A stretch of DNA of 64,000 bases from a virus. Under the pieces are notes generated by a model. It made no database searches and was not told the origin of the DNA. It worked only from the letters and a program-made list of their open reading frames with translations. The stretch spans positions 94,224 to 158,223 of the IMG/VR virus record IMGVR_UViG_3300031949_000004. One strand, written 5' to 3'. Shown here in pieces: positions 63,590 through 64,000 of the stretch (position 1 is the stretch's first letter; each line of letters starts with the position of its first letter). The position numbers were made by a program, and so were the translations under genes.

Positions 63590-64000
63590 ATGGCTAATAA
63601 AAAAAGATTCCTGAATCCTCAAGACGTGGAAGACGCGATCGTCGAAGTTGCGCGAATTGCCCAAAAAGAAAACATCTCCGTTGCTCTCATCGGCGGCGTA
63701 GCCATGGAGATCTTCGGCTCCGATCGCATGACCAAAGATATCGACTTCGTTTGCTCGGCAATGCCATCTTCCGGAATCATTCCCAAACGCACCCTGTCCT
63801 TCGGAGGCATCTCAGGATCTACAAAACATGGACACCCCGTCGATCTGGTGGTCCGCAACGATGTCTACGAAGCACTGTATGACGAAGCCCTTGCCCAAGC
63901 CATCGAGCACGAAGATCTGCCAGTCAAGCTCGTGACACCCCCCTACCTCGCCGCCATGAAGATGGCCGCCGGACGCGACAAAGACGAAATGGATCTCAAG
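63590..64000 (+). CDS. nucleotidyltransferase (DUF6036/AbiEii-like core), 3' partial
   Basis: VALIGGVAMEIFGSDRMTKDIDFV. The frame is open to the window end. Confidence 0.45.
   Translation, partial: MANKKRFLNPQDVEDAIVEVARIAQKENISVALIGGVAMEIFGSDRMTKDIDFVCSAMPSSGIIPKRTLSFGGISGSTKHGHPVDLVVRNDVYEALYDEALAQAIEHEDLPVKLVTPPYLAAMKMAAGRDKDEMDLK

Noticed and set aside
1-64000. CRISPR arrays, rRNA, tRNA, integrase/att sites, capsid, portal and terminase.
   Set aside because: No regularly spaced short repeats, no rRNA-like conserved stretches and no recognisable tRNA were seen. Terminase, portal, major capsid and DNA polymerase genes were not recognisable in this window. They are presumably elsewhere in the genome, so element type and boundaries cannot be set from this window.

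Overview
This 64-kb window is GC-rich and very gene-dense. About 100 predicted genes sit mostly on the + strand, with many ATGA or 4-nt start/stop overlaps. There are three minus-strand cassettes, at 16.4-26.8 kb, 42.4-47.1 kb and 59.5-61.6 kb. The content looks like part of a large phage or prophage genome. I recognised no rRNA, tRNA or CRISPR array by eye.

In order along the window:
- 1-1316: a 5'-truncated Ro60/TROVE RNA-binding protein gene (rsr-like).
- 1.3-11.6 kb: a run of small early-type genes, many encoding Cys-rich zinc-ribbon proteins. Two of them carry domains of host RNA polymerase: an alpha-CTD-like protein (2274-2681) and an HTH protein fused to a sigma-70 region-4 copy (9513-10106), preceded by a paralogous HTH gene.
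- 12375-13592: a Dda/RecD-like SF1 helicase.
- 16.4-25.3 kb: a lower-GC minus-strand glycan-modification cassette. It encodes a sulfotransferase, a GT32 DXD glycosyltransferase, a GalE-like epimerase and a SAM-methyltransferase fusion, followed by a papain-like C1 protease and a lipoprotein.
- 26219-26773: a divergently transcribed HTH regulator, with operator-like repeats upstream.
- 27-42 kb: a structural or host-recognition module. It holds tandem small-paralogue families, repeat-rich fibre-like proteins, a second GT32 glycosyltransferase and a methyltransferase.
- 42.4-44.8 kb and 60.8-64.0 kb: two islands of nucleotidyltransferase/HTH toxin-antitoxin or Abi-like modules. They include a Phd-like MNT/HepT pair and four small NTase genes sharing a GGxA...T.DIDF core.
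- 45.0-47.2 kb: a PcfJ-like gene, an HNH endonuclease gene and an AbrB/MazE-like gene.
- 49.7-57.3 kb: an injection or tape-measure-like module. It has a 602-aa repeat protein, three genes sharing an MNRDE N-terminus (one is a 1404-aa Ala/Lys-rich repeat protein) and an SLT lytic transglycosylase.
- 57.6-63.6 kb: lysis-type genes, namely TM proteins and an M15-like peptidase.

A striking genome-wide feature is several paralogue families whose members share a conserved N-terminal peptide, and the same 5' nucleotides, before diverging.
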